From NCBI GenBank assembly GCA_025201805.1, contig MU619344.1, forward strand, positions 39,932-103,931: a stretch of 64,000 bases of DNA, written 5' to 3'. Source of the DNA: Parasitella parasitica NRRL 2501. Taxonomy: Eukaryota; Fungi; Mucoromycota. Positions 26,092 through 39,271 of the stretch are shown here, piece by piece. The stretch's first letter is position 1. Each line of letters begins with the position of its first letter. Under the pieces are notes generated by a model. That model did no database searches and was not told where the DNA came from. It saw only the letters and a program-made list of their open reading frames with translations. Made by a program: the position numbers and the translations under genes.

Positions 26092-26760
26092 AACAATAAT
26101 TTCTTTTACGAAAATTACCAGGGTAATATTGTGGATGAGCAAGGAAATGAGACTATGAATTTGGAGAAGGGAGTTGGTCCTTTCAATCTAATAATCTCAA
26201 TGATATTAGCTCAGTATGCTTTCCTGCTGAACTCATAGAAAACCTTAATGTTATAATGGAAGAAGCAGCTGAAGAATTGTCGATAGAAGTAGCAGCTGGT
26301 AGGAAACATAACATCAATTCCGACAACCCTAAGGCTGTTTTCTATTACTTTAATATATAATCAAGCTGTGGGAGATCGCATATTGTCCAAGTCGAAATTG
26401 ACACAGGACAAATATGGGTAAAGCGATTCAAAGAAGACCTCTAGTAGAATTTCTATATGACAAGCAAACGAATAAGGTCAACCGATTGGCCTCGCAACTT
26501 CTAGGACTGATAAGTCTCCTGAACTAACCAATTTGTATATTGCAGAGGCTTTAGGGCAGTATATAGTCCTTCATAGTCTCCAGAAATCCAATTGAAAGCT
26601 TTTGGTTAATCCTCAAAGATACATTTAAACGAGTTATACTTGCTAATTCAGAAGACTTCAAAACAAAAATTGCCGAAGCGAGCGAAAGAATCAGCAAAAA
26701 AAATTTCATAACATAAAGCAAATGCTTATTTTCAACAGGTTTTCTTAAAAAAACGAGAGG
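26092..26760 (+). mobile_element. Decayed Tc1/mariner (IS630-type) transposase relic
   Basis: Broken frames give MNNNFFYEN.QGNIVDEQGNE, QIWVKRFKED...KQTNKVNR..SQL, SPEL and PIESFW..LK, as I recall from Mucorales DDE transposases; many stops and deletions. Confidence 0.6.
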
Positions 26761-28938
26761 TTAGAATAGCTGCTGTGTAACAACACATGTTTCCTTAAAC
26801 TGAGATGATTACATTGTGTACTGCATAAAAAAGAAGTGAGCTTTTTTCTCACATTTTGCAGTTGAAACTGGTTCTCTACGACATGTCAACAACAGACAGA
26901 GTTGAACACATCTAGTCTCTGTCTTTGACGCAATTTATATACCATTTCCTGTCATGTCTCAAATCAAGCTGTCCCAGGCTTAATGGAAATCGGTAACTTT
27001 TCTGAACGTCTAGCTATGAATTCTGAAGTCAAGAATTCAATCAAGGTTCTTGTGACTCTAATAAGTGCAACCCTCACCAGTCTCTTCTGTTCCCTGAGGT
27101 CCATTGCGCATAGTTTGTGCATTTACAACCGATTCAGTCGATTACTTTTTGTTTCATGGCAAAAGACCATTTATGAATTCCTCTGGCCTACGGTTAGCAT
27201 AGAAGATATTCACTAATCAGTCCTTGCCCTCAATTTTTACAGCATTCGATGTGGCATTTATCCTCTAATAAATGTGTTCATGATTTCCCGAATTTGGTGG
27301 CAAAAAAAAACAGTGCTACAGATCAAAATTTTGCACATTTTGTATTAAATAACTGCCTGTGCGAATATTTTTTGTACTAATAATTTTTGGAAACAGTGCA
27401 TTTAACATACTTTAACATTATCACCATTCTAAGAAAAAATAAAACATGCACATATATTAATATTCACGAATATTGTTCTTTTGTTGCTTGATTAGAGAGT
27501 AGAAATATCTATTACCAAGTAAATTGCCATCTTGCTCCATTACATCAAGTAATTCATATATAAATTTGATGCGATGTGATGTGGAAGACTTTTTTACTTC
27601 CTCGTCTAATCCATTCTATTCCCATTTCTAACCTTTATTTGTCTTGCGGCCTTTTGTCTTCGATTTACTTCTCAATGTGACATGCCCAGTTTTTTTTCAT
27701 GTTGGCTTTATCGATGAGCAACTGATTCAAATGTCGTCAAATCGAGAGTTATTTCCATTTATGTACTTTTCCTACCATCTTTGGATCAATTGAAATCTCG
27801 ACTAGGTTGAATCTTGCAGCCAGTTGTCAGGGCCAATATCAGGCAAATATGCCCTTTTTGTATATTGTTTCAGGAAACTGCAGATTAATTACCTCGACCT
27901 CGTCAGCCTTAAAGGTGACAAATCGTTTTGTACACTACCCTTTGCCCTCCGTATCAGCCTAGTTCCATCTGGTGCATGCACCACCACAGCTCTTATGTCG
28001 ATTGGTAGAGAAATCAATTTTCATACATCCTCAAACCATTTAATGTGCGGTTGCACGGCCATCACATGTACGTAGACGTGTTTCCATAATTTGCTAAAAG
28101 GTATTAAAACACTATATTTTTGGCATGGTGCTATCACTCTGCTACATTCATGCGAATTCAGATGAACTTCTAAAGCCATTTTGCATTGAATTCGAACTCT
28201 TGGAGTCTCACACCCAAAATAATGTATTTGGCTGTGATACTTCTTATACTTCCATTGCCTTCTCTAGACTATTAATTCCCCTTTTTTACTGTCCATAGTT
28301 CAATCGTTCCGTGTTCTGTCCAGAGATCGTTTTACACTCTCATCAGCTAGACTAATACAATTTTCTATACTCACAAATGCTCGGAAAGGGATTAATGTCA
28401 TCAGCAAAAATGATTGACACCATAATGCGAATCAATGATGTAATAAAAAAAACAAGCAAGTACATGGTGCTTGTTTAGTATTATCCTCTTATCTGGATTA
28501 GGATCATATCCCGCTTGTTCTATCTACTTTTCTGGGCTCGTGCCTTGTTATTGAAACAAATAAAATTCTGGGAAGGCCCATTTGTTGCGAAGAAAAGCAA
28601 TATATCTAATAAATTAGTGTATCATATTGTATAGATTGCAGTTATACCTTTATTTTAAGGTGGAAAGCTTAATTGATAGACACAACGCTTAAGTATTTTA
28701 GCAGTTTACTTTCTTCCGAGAGCGTTTGCTGCAAGTGCCTGAAGGCAGAACACACAACGCCCCCGCGGAAAAATGCAAACCAGGCGGAAAAAGAGTATAA
28801 AATCCCCCACTTTGCTAATAAAACATTTTTCTCTTTTTATCTCTTCATGCTACTTTCTTTTATATACTTGATCCTCTGATACTTGGTTGATATCCCGAAA
28901 ACCAGTTCAATTGAAACCGGTACAGCAAACTAGCAAAA

Positions 28939-30284
28939 ATGGATCCCAATAAAGAACCTCCAAAAGGAGCACCTAAAATTTCTAAAATAAAAAGCATTTT
29001 AACCAGAAGGTAAATATGTTTGAATTCAATGTATAGCAAGTAACGTATTAAATCTCTTGCAGTTCCTCTTTTGTCAGCTTTCCCAAGTCGTTTTCGCGAG
29101 TAAAGCACCGTATGACCTCCAGACAAGGCACCCCACCACCTGAAGCTTCGGCGTCAGCAGGAAATAATCGTGCTGCAGTTGCTCACAACATGCCCAGCGA
29201 AGATCAACCAGCAGATGTTCCCAATGCGGCTAATCAAGATTACGGATCAAGTGACTTCAATAGGTCTAATATCGACACTAAGAATGATGGTACTAATGAA
29301 GATGACCAAGACGAAAACTTGGAAAACCATCTTGCCACTACAAATAATTATTCTCGATCTCCATTTTCGTTTTCAGTACCCGGCGTCATACCTATTGATA
29401 ATAATGAGAGCTTCAAAGAATTCGTCAACTCTACTGATAATACGAATTCTCCTGAACCTTTGGGTACTTATTCCTCAGCCCAATTGGTTAGCCAGGCTAG
29501 GCCACAACCGCTGATTAAAGTCGAAGTTACCTCATGCGTCGACGACAAGCAAGAGGAATCCTACAATGTCAATGATGACAAGCATTTGATTGCTCTCTGG
29601 AACAAAAGATCTCCAGCTGAAGTCCATCTTTCACTCTTGGAAGACAGTGACGACAAGCAAGATGGAAACAAAGAATCTCTAGCCAAAGTCCATCCTTCAC
29701 TCTTGGAAGGCAGTGACGACAAGCAAGATGGTGATCAAGAAGAATCCTGCAATGACAATCATGACAAATACTCGATTGCTCTCTGGAACCAGGAATCCCC
29801 AGCTGAAGTCCATCCTTCACTCTTGGAAGGTAGTGACGACAAGCAACATAGCGATCAAAAAGAATCCTGCAATGTCAATGATAACAAGTACTCAATTGCT
29901 GGTGACAACAAAAACAGCAAGGTGGAATGCAGTATTGCCAACAATATGAAAGCGTCTTGTAGCATTCTTTCCTCAGATCAAGGACTCCAATCACCAGTTT
30001 CAGTTGCAATTGAACATGCTAGCGATATCGGGTCTCAAGCATCAATTTCAGCAGTCAGTGTATTGATCGCTAGTGACAACAATGACAGCAACGTGGAATA
30101 CAGCAATACCAACAATTTGAAAGCATCTTGTAGCTCTCTTTTCTTAGACCAAGGGCTCCAATCACCGGCCTCAGCTACAATTGGACATACCTCGTCAATT
30201 GCATTGTCGCCACCTGGTAGCAAATCAACTTCAAACAATTTGACAGTACCCGCAAAGGGCAAAAAGCGTTGCAAGCTCACTTGA
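28939..30284 (+). CDS. Orphan acidic, low-complexity protein with internal tandem repeats (intron 29010-29062)
   Basis: MDPNKEPPK exon splices in frame onto the 390-aa ORF; upstream TATAAAA near 28796; repeated SPAEVHPSLLEGSDDKQ units. Confidence 0.7.
29541..30190 (+). repeat. Intragenic direct repeats: 60/120-bp units (29541-29900) and a ~171-bp duplication (~29899-30020 vs ~30070-30190)
   Basis: aagtccatccttcactcttggaaggcagtgacgacaagcaa-type unit three times; the ggtgacaac...aaggactccaatcacc block twice. Confidence 0.85.
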
Positions 30285-32035
30285 AGACGAAAATACCAAA
30301 AAAAGATGGCTCAGACTCCGAATCTAGGAAGAAAACGTGTTACAATAGTACTCCTGTCACCCGTCTTGACTCTGTAGCTCAGAATTCAACTATAAACACT
30401 GCCATCATTCAAGAACCTGCTGCTCTCGCCACTACCAAATCCATGCTTGGAAAAAGAAAGCAAGAATTTGAAGCTAAACACACGAAAAGATTTCGACCCC
30501 TTTTATAAAAATTATCAAGGGCTAAAGCAATTCCTCAACATTTGATTGAGTAAATTAAAGATTACTTCCAAACCAAAAATAATTAATATAGTATAGTAAA
30601 TAATAACAGCTCTTCTGCACTTTATTGACTTGAAAGATGAAGAAACAATCTTCATGTATTCCACTGCAGTGAGAATGCCTATTGCATGAGTCCATCAAAA
30701 AATGGCCGTTCGTTGTTGACATCCTACATCTTAATAGAGATTGAACAGCTCAGTATATTGTGTTCCTTGATGTTCCTGAACTGCTGAAATACTTTGTATC
30801 TTGTACTTCATCAAACTTTCATAGAGTACCATGCCTTTTTTTTTTTTTTAACGTGCAAAGTTTGGGATCTTGGTTGAGCATCTCGTGCAGTCAACTATCT
30901 ATTTGCTTACAACAGAGCTAAATCAATGTGATATAGAGGCATTTGATGCGAAAATGGTTTATTGTATGTTTCACTAGTGGATATATACGGATACAATATA
31001 TTAATTGATTTTAACAATGTTTCATAGTGGCATACAAGACATCCATCTCTATACATTGACTCAAGATGTCGCACAATATTTATGTTCCCATCCCGGGTTC
31101 TAGTAAAGATATTCTATACACATATTTTAAATAGGTAGTAACTTTTGAGCAGTGTTATCTACTTTTAGTAACAATTTTGGTAATGAAATTTCAGTGGTTT
31201 TAGTGGTTCTTCGGCAGAGGAATTCGCTGCATATTGTGAAATAGGATTCTCGATAGAAGAATACCGTAAAATAAAATTGAGCATTGATGCCAGAAAACAA
31301 CACAATATATTGTAATGTTTCTATGCTTGAATTCGTAAGACCAATTCATTTTTTCGTTTTTCCTTTTTAGATTGAATGGTGGACCTTTGATAGAAGGATT
31401 GTTACCTTCTACTTGACTGCGTGTAATGAAGAGTGGCTTATATTCAACCTATAGGATCTATGAATCATAGACCCCAGAGTATACCACCAATAACATGGTC
31501 TGATACTTAAAAAAATGCTGGCCAACCTTGATGTTTTTGGACATACTTTGATAAAACATGCGGATAGACATGCCAAGATACATTGGAGCCAAGAATATAT
31601 CAACATCTTTGACCTAATAGATTAAAGACTCACATTGTAGATGGATCTAAATTGAAGCGGATCCTCAATGTTGATGCAAAATTTTTTCGACCCAAAAAGT
31701 ATAAAAAGAGGCCAAAAATTGAATCGATGAACTTTTCAGCATCCTTGGCTGACAATTCCTGTATCACACTTTTTTTTTTTTTTTATAATAAAAACTTCTT
31801 TTTTTATTTTATTTTATAAAAACAATCTCAACTACACTTTGTGTTCCAAATCAAAACGCACGTGCCCTCTTAATATCCTTCAAACCAAGTTCCATTATTG
31901 TCATTTCTTTCTGTTGCATAGACCAGCAAAGTAAACTATGATGTGACATGTAAAATTTGAAATGACATGGCATGCTAATATCTTTCTTTCAGTTTCTCAA
32001 TTATAATTTAAATCTATTTACTCAAACTAAAAAAA

Positions 32036-35000
32036 ATGGCATCTAATATTCCTTCTGTAACATCTGCTCCCATCAACTCTATCCTTGGTGCTCACATCAC
32101 AGCTCCTGCTGCCAATGCCACACCTATTAGTCGTTCTCCTCGTTCTCCTACTGCTCCTCATCGCCCCGCTGCTGCCTTGGAGGATCCCAAGGATGTAACT
32201 ACTGCTGCTTTTGTTTTAAAGGATGGAACTAGTTTCCAGGGTATTTCCTTCGGTTCTGAATCAAAGAGTATTTCCGGTGAATGTGTCTTCCAAACAGGTA
32301 AGGACTTTGGAGAATGTGGGGTTAGGAATTATCAGTGGGAGAAGGGAGGGGAGAATGAATTTTATTTTCGTTCCTGCATGGTTAGACTCCCAGTGTGTTT
32401 TGCCTGGTGAGGGCGACAGTGTTTTGAGGCGGATTCTGATGCTTCCATAAACGTTTTAGGTATGGTTGGATATCCTGAATCTTTGACCGATCCCTCTTAC
32501 AGAGGCCAGATTTTGGTTGTTACTTTCCCCTTGGTTGGTAACTATGGTGTTCCCTCTCGTACTGAAATGGACGAGTTGTTGAAGGACCTTCCCAAGAGAT
32601 TTGAGTCCAATCAGATCCATATTGCTGGTTTGATTGTTGGAAGCTATTCTCCTGACTACTCTCATTACCTTGCCGAGTCATCTCTTTCCACTTGGTTAAA
32701 GGAAAATGATGTTCCTGCTCTCTACGGTATTGATACTCGTGCCATGACCAAGAAGATCAGAGATCAGGGTGTTACGCTGGCCAAGATTTTGTTCCCCAAA
32801 AAATCTACTGGCCTTGATAATGCCGCATCCATTCTCGGTCTCTCAAACACCAAAGAGGAGCCAGTCTCTGATAACGAACGTTGGATGAAGTCCTATGACA
32901 ATGTTGATTGGGTTGACCCTAACGAACGTAATTTGGTTGCTGAAGTCTCCATCAAAGAAGCCAAGGTCTACTATCCTGACCCAGCTAATGCCATCAAAAC
33001 ACCCTCTGGCCGCACTATGCGTGTTATAGCTGTTGATATTGGTATGAAGTACAACCAAATCCGCTGTTTCGTTTACCGTGGCGTTGAACTCAAGGTTGTC
33101 CCTTGGGATTATGATTTCAATGCTGAACCCGCCGACACTTATGATGGTCTATTTCTTTCTAACGGTCCCGGTGACCCTACTACTATCAGCGTCACTGTAG
33201 AAAGAGTCCGTGAATACATCAAGAACATCAAGAAGCCTATCTTTGGTATTTGTTTGGGCCACCAGGTGATGGCTCTTGCCGCTGGTGCTCAAACTCTCAA
33301 AATGAAGTACGGTAATCGTGGCCACAACATTCCTTGTACCAACATGATCTCTGGTCGCTGTTATATTACATCTCAAAATCATGGTTATGCTGTCGATGCC
33401 ACTACTCTCCCCGAGAATTTTGACGAGCTCTTTGTCAATGCCAACGACGGTTCTAATGAAGGTTTGATTCACAAGACTTTGCCCATCTTCTCTGTGCAAT
33501 TCCATCCTGAATCTACCCCTGGCCCTCGCGATACTGAATTCTTATTTGATGTCTTTATCAGCAATATCAAGGAATGTCTTGAGAGGAATACACTGGCTCC
33601 CGTTCAAATGCCTGGTGGTACAAAGGCCGAAAACATCAAGAGAAACCCCCGTGTTCACGTAAACAAAGTTCTCGTTTTGGGTTCTGGTGGTTTATCCATT
33701 GGTCAAGCTGGTGAATTTGATTATTCTGGTTCTCAAGCCATCAAGGCTCTGAAGGAAGAGGGTATTTATACTATCCTGATCAATCCCAATATTGCTACTA
33801 TCCAAACCTCCAAGGGCTTGGCAGACAAGGTCTACTTCTTGCCTGTCACTCCTGATTTTGTTCGTAAGGTTATTGAATTTGAGAAGCCTGATGGTATTTA
33901 TGTTACTTTTGGTGGTCAAACTGCCTTGAGTGTCGGTATTGCTCTCAAAGACGAATTTGAAGGCCTTGGCGTCAAGGTTCTTGGTACTCAAATTGACACT
34001 GTCATTACCACTGAAGATCGTGATCTGTTTGCTCAAGCCTTGTTTGAAATCAATGAAAAGTGTGCTCAATCTGCGTCTGCCGTTACTGTAGATGAAGCTG
34101 TCGCTGCTGCCAAGGAAATTGGGTATCCTGTTATCTGTCGTGCTGCCTATGCTCTTGGTGGTCTTGGCTCTGGCTTCGCTGACAACGAAAAGGAACTAGT
34201 TGCACTCTGTAACAAGGCATTTGCCACTTCTCCCCAAGTTTTGGTTGAAAAATCCATGAAGGGCTGGAAGGAAATTGAGTATGAAGTTGTCCGTGATTGC
34301 CAAGATAACTGCATTACGGTCTGTAACATGGAGAACTTTGATCCGCTTGGTATTCATACTGGTGATTCCATTGTCGTTGCTCCCTCTCAGACTCTTTCTG
34401 ATGAAGACTACAACATGCTTCGTACGACAGCTGTTAATGTTATTCGTCATTTGGGCGTTGTTGGTGAATGCAACATTCAATACGCTTTGAATCCTTTCTC
34501 CAAGGAATACTGTATTATCGAAGTCAACGCTCGTCTCTCTCGTTCCTCTGCTCTTGCGTCTAAGGCTACTGGTTACCCTCTTGCCTTTGTTGCTGCCAAG
34601 CTTGGTTTAGGTATTCCTTTGAATGAAGTTTCCAACAGCGTCACCAAGGTCACTTGTGCCTGTTTCGAACCATCTCTTGATTATGTCGTTGTCAAAATTC
34701 CTCGTTGGGATCTGAAAAAGTTCAACCGTGTCAGCACTGCTCTTTCTTCATCCATGAAGTCTGTTGGTGAAGTTATGGCTATTGGTCGCACCTTTGAAGA
34801 AACTATGCAAAAGGCTATTCGTGCTATCGACTACAATCTTGTTGGTTTCGATTCTGTAAGTACATGCAAGATAATTTAATGCCAAACTGTCCTAACTTGT
34901 GTATGCACTAGTCTGATCTTATCAAGGATGAAGACCTCGACTATGAGCTTACTAATCCTTCAGACCAACGTCTGTTTGCCATTGCTAATGCTATGGAGAA

Positions 35001-38000
35001 GGGTTATACTGTTGACCGTATTTGGGAACTGACCAAGATTGACAAGTGGTTCTTGAACAAGTTGATGCGCATTCACAATCTCGGTGAACGTCTCACTGGT
35101 TTCACCAAGGCTAACCTTCCTGGTAATTTGATTCGCTCTGCCAAGCAACTCGGTTTCTCTGATCGTCAGATTGCCAACAAGATCAACAGCAATGAATTGG
35201 CCGTTCGTAGACTTCGTCAAGAGTTTGGTGTCACTCCTTTTGTCAAACAAATTGATACTGTAGCTGCCGAATTCCCTGCATTCACCAATTATTTGTACAT
35301 GACTTACAATGCCGTTGAGCACGATATCACTTTTGAGGATAACGGTGTTATGGTATTGGGTTCTGGTGTCTACCGTATTGGTTCCTCTGTGGAATTCGAC
35401 TGGTGTGCTGTTCGCTCTATCCGCACTCTTCGTCAAAAGGGTATCAAGACCGTCATGGTCAACTACAATCCCGAAACCGTGTCTACTGATTACGACGAAG
35501 CTGACCGTCTCTATTTTGAAAACATTAATCTGGAACGTGTTCTTGATATCTATGAAATCGAAAAGTCTTCTGGCGTCATGATGTCCATGGGTGGCCAAAC
35601 TCCCAACAACATTGCTCTGCCCTTGTATCGCCAAAATGTCAAGGTTCTTGGCACGTCGCCTGAAATGATCGATAACGCCGAAAACCGTTACAAGTTCTCT
35701 CGTATGTGTGATAATATTGGTGTGGATCAGCCACTCTGGAAGGAGTTGACCAGTTATGAAGAAGCGGAAGTCTTCTGCGCCAAGGTTGGCTACCCTGTCC
35801 TTGTCCGACCTTCTTACGTTCTCTCTGGTGCTGCCATGAATGTTGTTTCTTCCAAGGATGATCTCGAGTCCTACCTCAAGGAAGCTGCTGCAGTTTCCCG
35901 TGATTATCCCGTTGTTATCTCCAAGTATATTGAAGATGCCAAGGAAATTGAAATGGACGCTGTTGCTTTAGACGGTAAGATGATCATGCATGTTGTGTCT
36001 GAGCATGTCGAAAATGCGGGTGTCCACTCTGGTGATGCTACCTTGATTTTGCCCCCTCAAGATTTGGACCCTGAGACTGTTCGTAAGATTGAGGCAGCCA
36101 CTGCCAAGATTGGTCGTGCGCTGAACATCACTGGCCCCTTTAACATTCAGTTCATTGCCAAGGATAACGAAATCAAGGTTATCGAATGTAATGTTCGTGC
36201 TGCTCGCTCCTTCCCCTTTGTTTCCAAAGTTCTTGGTGTTGATTTAGTTGAAATGGCTACCATTGCCATGTTGGGTCTTCCCGTTGAGCCCTATCCTAAG
36301 GTCACAATTCCCAAGGACTATGTTGGTATCAAGGTACCCCAATTCTCTTTCAGCCGTTTGTCTGGCGCTGATCCTATTTTGGGCGTTGAAATGGCGTCTA
36401 CTGGTGAAGTCGCTTGTTTCGGTAAAGACAAGTATCAAGCTTACCTCAAGGCTTTACTGGCTACTGGTTTAACTTTGCCCAAGAAGAACATTTTGCTTTC
36501 TATCGGTTCCTACAAGGAGAAGCTTGAAATGCTGCCTTCCGTAAAGAGACTGCATGAGCTTGGATACAATCTTTTCGCTACCACTGGTACCGCTGATTTC
36601 ATCTCTGAACACAACATCCCTGTCAAGCATCTTGACTTGCTAGATGGAGATGGAGATGACAAGCTCAAGGCCGAGTACTCTCTCCAACAGCACTTGTCCA
36701 ACAATTTGATTGACATGTATATTAACTTGCCTTCAAGAAACCGTTTCCGTCGTCCTGCTTCTTACATGTCCAAGGGTTATCGTTCTCGTCGTATGGCTGT
36801 TGATTACTCTATCCCTCTTTTGACAAACGTCAAGTGCGCCAAGCTGTTTGTCGAAGCTCTTGCCCGTAAGAAGGATTTTGAGATTCACGGTGTTGATTTC
36901 AAGAGTAGCAGCAACACTGCTACTCTCCCTGGTCTCTTCAACATCAATGCTTACTTGCCCACGGTTGAGGATCTTGCTCAGGTTACCGAAACTTCTCTCA
37001 AGTCTGGATTGACTACTGTTTCTACTGTCTGCGCTCATGTCAAGGACCAAGCTTCTCTCGAAACTATGAGTGCTGTTGCCCACAAGAGCGCTAGCGTTGA
37101 TTATTTGCTCAACATTACCGCTACTGCCGAGAATGCAGACAAGCTCGATGCTGTCGCCGCTTCTGCTGCTGCTGTTTACATCGATACGGACAAGATTGGT
37201 AGTGGTAACGTGTCTGTGTTTGACTCTGTCTTTGATTCATGGCCCAGCGACCAAGTTATGATCATTGAAGCAAAGGGCACTGATCTTGCCTCTATTCTGT
37301 TATTGGCTTCTATTCACAGTCGTGTCATCCACGTTTCAAATGTCACCAGCAAGGAAGACTTGGCTTTGATTGAAATGACAAAGAACAAGGGCCTCAAAGT
37401 CACTTGCGATGTGTCTATTTACTCTCTCTTCCTCAACAATGCTGATGTTGACTCGGACTCATTGCCCTCTGCCGCTGATCAAGAAGGCTTGTGGAAAAAG
37501 TTGAATGTCATTGATTGTTTCTCTCTCGGATCTACGCCTGTCAAGCTTGATGGCTCTGCTGTAGCTGGTATTGCTGAAGCTTTGCCTTTGCTTTTGACTG
37601 CTGTTGCTGATGGTCGTTTGAGCATTCAAGACATTATTGAGCGCATGAACGAAAACCCTAGACGTATCTTTGGCCTCTCTGCTCAGCCTGATACCTATGT
37701 CGATGTGGAATTGGATCGTACAAAGACCTGGAAGTCCGGCGTTCTTTCTGGAAAGAAAACCCAAGGTCTTGTTAACCGCATTGTTATTAATGGTGAAACT
37801 GTCTTTATGGATGGTGTGGTCAGAATTGAAGGCACTTTGGGCCGTGATCTCTCTATTCAAGCAAAGGCTGCTGCTACTGCTGCAGACCTTATTACTGCTC
37901 CGAAGAAAAAGAGCGAGTCTACTCCTGCTTCCATTGCCCACATTACTGATGTTCCCGAAACTGCCCCTGAGAGAAAGTCTATCCAACCTTTCGATCCTAT

Positions 38001-39021
38001 CAAGTTGGCCGGTGCTAGCGACCAGCAACTAGTTCCTTTCACGTTGCCCAGCTATGAAATCTCTGCTTCTCTTGCTCGTGTTGTCAGTAGATCTCCTTTC
38101 TACCGCAAGCATATTCTGCGCTCCAAGCAATTCGACCGTAGTGATCTTCATTTGCTCTTTGGTGTTGCCCACGAGATGCGCAACTTGGTCGAGCTTTATG
38201 GATCCATCAACTTGCTGCAAGGTCGTGTTATGAGCACCATGTTCTTTGAACCCTCTACTCGTACTTCTTCTTCATTCGAGGCTGCCATGTATCGTTTGGG
38301 TGGTAAGGTTGTTTCTGTCACTGCTGCCACTTCGTCTGTGCAAAAGGGTGAATCTCTTGCTGATACTGTTCGTACTCTTGGCTGCTACTCTGATATTATT
38401 ATCCTTCGTCACCCTCAACCTGGAAGTGCTCAAATTGCTGCCAAGTATTCCAAAGTTCCTATTATCAACGCTGGTGATGGTATTGGTGAACATCCTACCC
38501 AAGCTTTCTTGGATGTCTTTACTATTCGTGAAGAACTCGGTACTGTCAATGGCCTGACTGTCACTATGGTCGGCGACTTGAAGAACGGCCGCACTGTTCA
38601 CTCGTTGGTTAAGATCTTGGCTTATTATCAAGTTACCATCAACTATGTTTGTCCTGACAGTCTGTCTATGCCCAAGGATGTTATGGAGGAAGTCGCTGCC
38701 GCTGGTATCAAACAAAACTTTTACTCTTCTCTCGATGAAGTTATTGGTACGACCGATGTCTTGTACATGACTCGTGTCCAGAAAGAGCGTTTCAGCACTG
38801 AAGAAGAGTACGTTCGTGTCAAGGATTCATTTATTTTGAACAACGATGTCTTGAGTAAGGCCAAGTCTCAAATGATTGTATTGCATCCTCTCCCCCGTGT
38901 CAATGAAATTGAACCCGAGGTTGATTTCGATCAAAGAGCTGCTTATTTCCGTCAAATGAGATATGGCCTCTATGTTAGAATGGCCTTGTTGGCTCTTGTT
39001 ATGGGTACCCTCCGCGGTTAA
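32036..39021 (+). CDS. URA2: Multifunctional pyrimidine protein: GATase + carbamoyl-phosphate synthase + inactive DHOase-like domain + aspartate transcarbamylase (exons 32036-32297, 32460-34855, 34912-39021)
   Basis: [47 protein letters not shown], two ATP-grasp halves, ATCase [17 protein letters not shown] and HPLPR. Confidence 0.98.
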
Positions 39022-39271
39022 ATCCAAATCTATAGAATTTTAAAATCTTTTTATAAATATATACATAGTAAATAAACTTTGTCGTAAATGCAAAATACAT
39101 AATATATAGACACTATTACGCTTTTCTCTAGCTTTTTCGCACATTGCTGTATGCATTCAAATACATTTCGACCCTGATATTATGAACATAATAAAGCGGG
39201 GCATTATTTGATAGTATATTTATATACTCTTTTTCTCTCTTTGTGATCAATGTACTGATGGATATTAAGTA

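Noticed and set aside
29541-29900. CRISPR-like repeat array
   Set aside because: Repeats are in-frame coding duplications with related intervening sequence in a eukaryotic gene; no unique spacers or cas genes.
31440-31612. KDVDIFLAP as a CACTA transposase relic
   Set aside because: A single short motif with no supporting context.
32390-32445. Box C/D snoRNA in URA2 intron 1
   Set aside because: No good C box; the CTGAT near the 3' end is better explained as the branch point.
33149-38715. Several minus-strand ORFs within URA2
   Set aside because: Antisense shadows produced by the strong codon bias of a highly expressed gene.
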